Program-made: the position numbers and the translations under genes
In this document: positions 41,833 to 43,727 of the stretch, in pieces
Position numbering within the stretch: position 1 is the stretch's first letter
Layout: the number at the start of each line of letters is the position of its first letter
The notes under the pieces: model-generated
Told to the model about the DNA's origin: nothing
The model's database searches: none
What the model saw: only the letters and a program-made list of their open reading frames with translations
Source of the DNA: an uncultured Thermoplasmatales archaeon
GTDB lineage: Archaea; Thermoplasmatota; E2; DHVEG-1
Reading direction: 5' to 3'
Length of the DNA: 43,727 nt
Assembly (NCBI GenBank): GCA_964597365.1
Contig: CAZQXW010000014.1
Coordinates: forward strand, 1-43,727

Positions 41833-43092
41833 ATGAAAATCTCAATGAAATATGGTAATGAAAAAATCGATTTAGAAACAAATGAGCAGGTTGAAGTCTT
41901 AAAACCCAAAAAAAATGAATTAGAAAGTGAAACAGACATACTAGAAAAAGCATTTCAAAATCCAATAAACAAAGAAAGCTTTGAAGAATTTGCATCAGCA
42001 TCTGAAAAAATATTGATAATTGTAAACGATGCGACCCGACCTACACCTACTGCTAGAGTTCTTGATTATCTAAGCCCAATTCTTTTGAATCATCCTGACG
42101 TAGCATTTATTGTAGCATGCGGCTCACACAGAGCACCTACAGAAGACGAATTTGAACAAATTTTTGGAAATTGCTACAAAGAATTCAAAGATAAAATATT
42201 TGTTCATGACGCAGAAAACAAAGATGAGATAGAATTTATTGGAAAAACAAGTAGCGGCAACAAAATAGGCTTTAATAAAAAGGTTTTTGAATACAAAAAT
42301 GTAGTTGCAATAAACAGTGTAGAGCCACATTATTTCGCAGGCTATACTGGGGGAAGAAAGTCTTTTTTACCAGGCGTTGCAGCATATGAAACGATAGAGT
42401 TTAATCATACTTCGGCACTTGAAAAAGAAGCATGCGGACTTGCACTTAAAGGCAATCCCGTAAATGAAGACATGATGGAATCCGTTGATCTTTTAAAAGA
42501 AAAAATAAATATTTTCTCAATTCAAATTGTTTTAACACCTTCAGGAGAAACATATAATGTTACAACCGGAAATATTCATGATTCTTTTCTAAAAGCAGTT
42601 GAATATTCAAAACAGATTTCATGCATAAAACTAAAAGAAAAAGGAAACATCGTAGTAACAGTTGCGCCACCCCCTCTTGATATAAATCTTTACCAGTCTC
42701 AAAAAGCACTTGAAAACGGTAAACTTGCACTTGAAGAGGATGGGATTATTATTCTTTATTCACAATGTCCTAAAGGAATAGGGCCTGAAAAATTTATGAA
42801 TCTTCTAAGCTCTGAAGACACACCGGAAAAAGTACTTGGTAAAATAAAAGAAGGGTATAAACTAGGATATCATAAGGCTGCAAAAATCGCTGAGCTTTCA
42901 TGCAGAGCAGATATTTGGGCAGTAACAAGAATAGACGAAGAGCAGATTAAACAGGCTTTTATGAACCCATATAAAGACTTACAAAAGGCACTTGATGACG
43001 CAGTTATTGAAATTAAAAATAGGGGAGACATCCCAAAAATAGTTATTCTTCCTTCAGGAAGTCTTACAGTTCCTTTTATTTCAAACTGTTAA
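41833..43092 (+). CDS. LarA-family protein (nickel-pincer-cofactor lactate racemase family / DUF2088)
   Basis: 419 aa. N-terminus MKISMKYGNEKIDLETNEQ… and an internal …EPHYFAGYTGGRKS… loop are typical of LarA-like racemases/epimerases. No larB, larC or larE is nearby. Confidence 0.75.
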   Translation: MKISMKYGNEKIDLETNEQVEVLKPKKNELESETDILEKAFQNPINKESFEEFASASEKILIIVNDATRPTPTARVLDYLSPILLNHPDVAFIVACGSHRAPTEDEFEQIFGNCYKEFKDKIFVHDAENKDEIEFIGKTSSGNKIGFNKKVFEYKNVVAINSVEPHYFAGYTGGRKSFLPGVAAYETIEFNHTSALEKEACGLALKGNPVNEDMMESVDLLKEKINIFSIQIVLTPSGETYNVTTGNIHDSFLKAVEYSKQISCIKLKEKGNIVVTVAPPPLDINLYQSQKALENGKLALEEDGIIILYSQCPKGIGPEKFMNLLSSEDTPEKVLGKIKEGYKLGYHKAAKIAELSCRADIWAVTRIDEEQIKQAFMNPYKDLQKALDDAVIEIKNRGDIPKIVILPSGSLTVPFISNC

Positions 43093-43543
43093 TTTTATCA
43101 ATTATTTTCCTTAAGTTTTCATCAATAGAGCTTTCAATTTCAGCAGTAAGATCACATCCAAGGCCCATATCTTTTGGTTGAATACCAAAAATATAAATTT
43201 TTTCTGGAATCTCATTTAACCGTTCCGACATACTAATTATTTTTAAAAAATCATTTTCGTGTGTAGAAAAACTTATTTTGACTTTTTTGCTGATTACATC
43301 TTCTTTTTCAAAAAACCTAAGCTCCCCTGGTTTTCCACCAAATTCTACTGCATCTATCATAAAAACTACATCAAAATCAGCAAGATAATGTAGTAGCACC
43401 ATTCCGCCCAGGCCGCCTTCAATGAGCTCAATTCCTTCAGGCAGTTCTTGTTTTTTTTCTTTTAATTTTTCAATTAAAACAAGACCTAATGAATCGTCTT
43501 TTCTAAGCGTATTTCCTATTCCAATTATTGCTGTTTTTTTCAT
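43076..43543 (-). CDS. [NiFe]-hydrogenase maturation endopeptidase (HycI/FrhD/HyaD family)
   Basis: 155 aa (MKKTAIIGIGNTLRKDDSLGLVLIEKL…). Has the Asp/His metal-binding pattern of hydrogenase C-terminal proteases. Begins 5 nt after the large-subunit stop. Confidence 0.85.
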   Translation of the reverse strand: MKKTAIIGIGNTLRKDDSLGLVLIEKLKEKKQELPEGIELIEGGLGGMVLLHYLADFDVVFMIDAVEFGGKPGELRFFEKEDVISKKVKISFSTHENDFLKIISMSERLNEIPEKIYIFGIQPKDMGLGCDLTAEIESSIDENLRKIIDKINSLK

Positions 43544-43548
43544 GAGAT

Positions 43549-43727
43549 TTAAACAAATTTTACATCCAAATAGTGAGTACTACAGGATATACATGGGTCA
43601 TATGCACGTACTAGCATTTCAAGTGTAAGCTCTATTTCTTTTTCAGATTTATCAAGAATTTGTGGAACTAAATCTTCCATATCATGTTGTATATTTGCAT
43701 GATTTTGGTTAGTTGGAATTATACAAT
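43549..43727 (-). CDS. [NiFe]-hydrogenase large subunit, C-terminal end (partial; gene continues beyond the window)
   Basis: Manual translation of the minus strand gives …MEDLVPQILDKSEKEIELTLEMLVRAYDPCISCSTHYLDVKFV*. DPCxxCxxH is the C-terminal Ni-Fe ligand motif at which the protease cleaves. It is not in the ORF track because it is under 60 aa in-window. Confidence 0.8.
   Translation of the reverse strand, partial: CIIPTNQNHANIQHDMEDLVPQILDKSEKEIELTLEMLVRAYDPCISCSTHYLDVKFV

Noticed and set aside
43549-43727. Possible selenocysteine (TGA) in the hydrogenase large-subunit C-terminal motif, or in HdrA
   Set aside because: The motif reads DPCISCSTH with TGT/TGC cysteine codons, and there is no in-frame TGA. 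HdrA likewise has no in-frame TGA.

Overview
This is a 43.7-kb, AT-rich (about one-third GC) chromosomal segment. Read by eye and with the ORF track, it is archaeal and almost entirely protein-coding.

The archaeal assignment rests on a DnaG-type Toprim primase with no zinc ribbon, a split-subunit class I fumarase, an hdrCBA cluster, a [NiFe]-hydrogenase large subunit plus maturation protease at the right edge, and small DUF167 and Toprim proteins.

Gene content falls into five groups:
- Informational genes: dnaG, metG, and a translationally coupled uvrA-uvrC-uvrB operon.
- A carbon-metabolism island: acs, fumarase alpha and beta, and nadE on the minus strand. A double-module Lrp/AsnC-like regulator is transcribed divergently from a tightly packed aconitase - ATP-citrate lyase (aclB, aclA) - monomeric isocitrate dehydrogenase operon, which amounts to a reductive-TCA / citrate-cleavage module.
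- Energy metabolism: hdrC-hdrB-hdrA, and a hydrogenase large-subunit C-terminus (DPCxxCxxH, cysteine type) followed by its endopeptidase.
- A lysine-acetylation pair: an HDAC/AcuC-type deacetylase next to a Pat-like acetyltransferase (NDP-forming acyl-CoA synthetase domain fused to GNAT). The acs gene 28 kb away carries the canonical acetylatable lysine motif.
- A 6-kb block of poorly characterised genes at 20.4-26.4 kb: DUF167, small Toprim, tandem winged-helix protein, COG0701 permease, HTH + LAGLIDADG-like protein, membrane protein, SPFH/stomatin, hemerythrin-like protein.

I found no tRNA or rRNA genes, CRISPR arrays or obvious IS elements.

The most notable point is that the conserved N-terminal CoA-binding domain of the Pat-like protein is encoded in frame upstream of the first ATG/GTG/TTG, directly behind a perfect AAGGAGG. 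This suggests an ACG (non-canonical) start or a point error.

Coordinates of short motifs were derived by hand and may be off by 1-2 nt.
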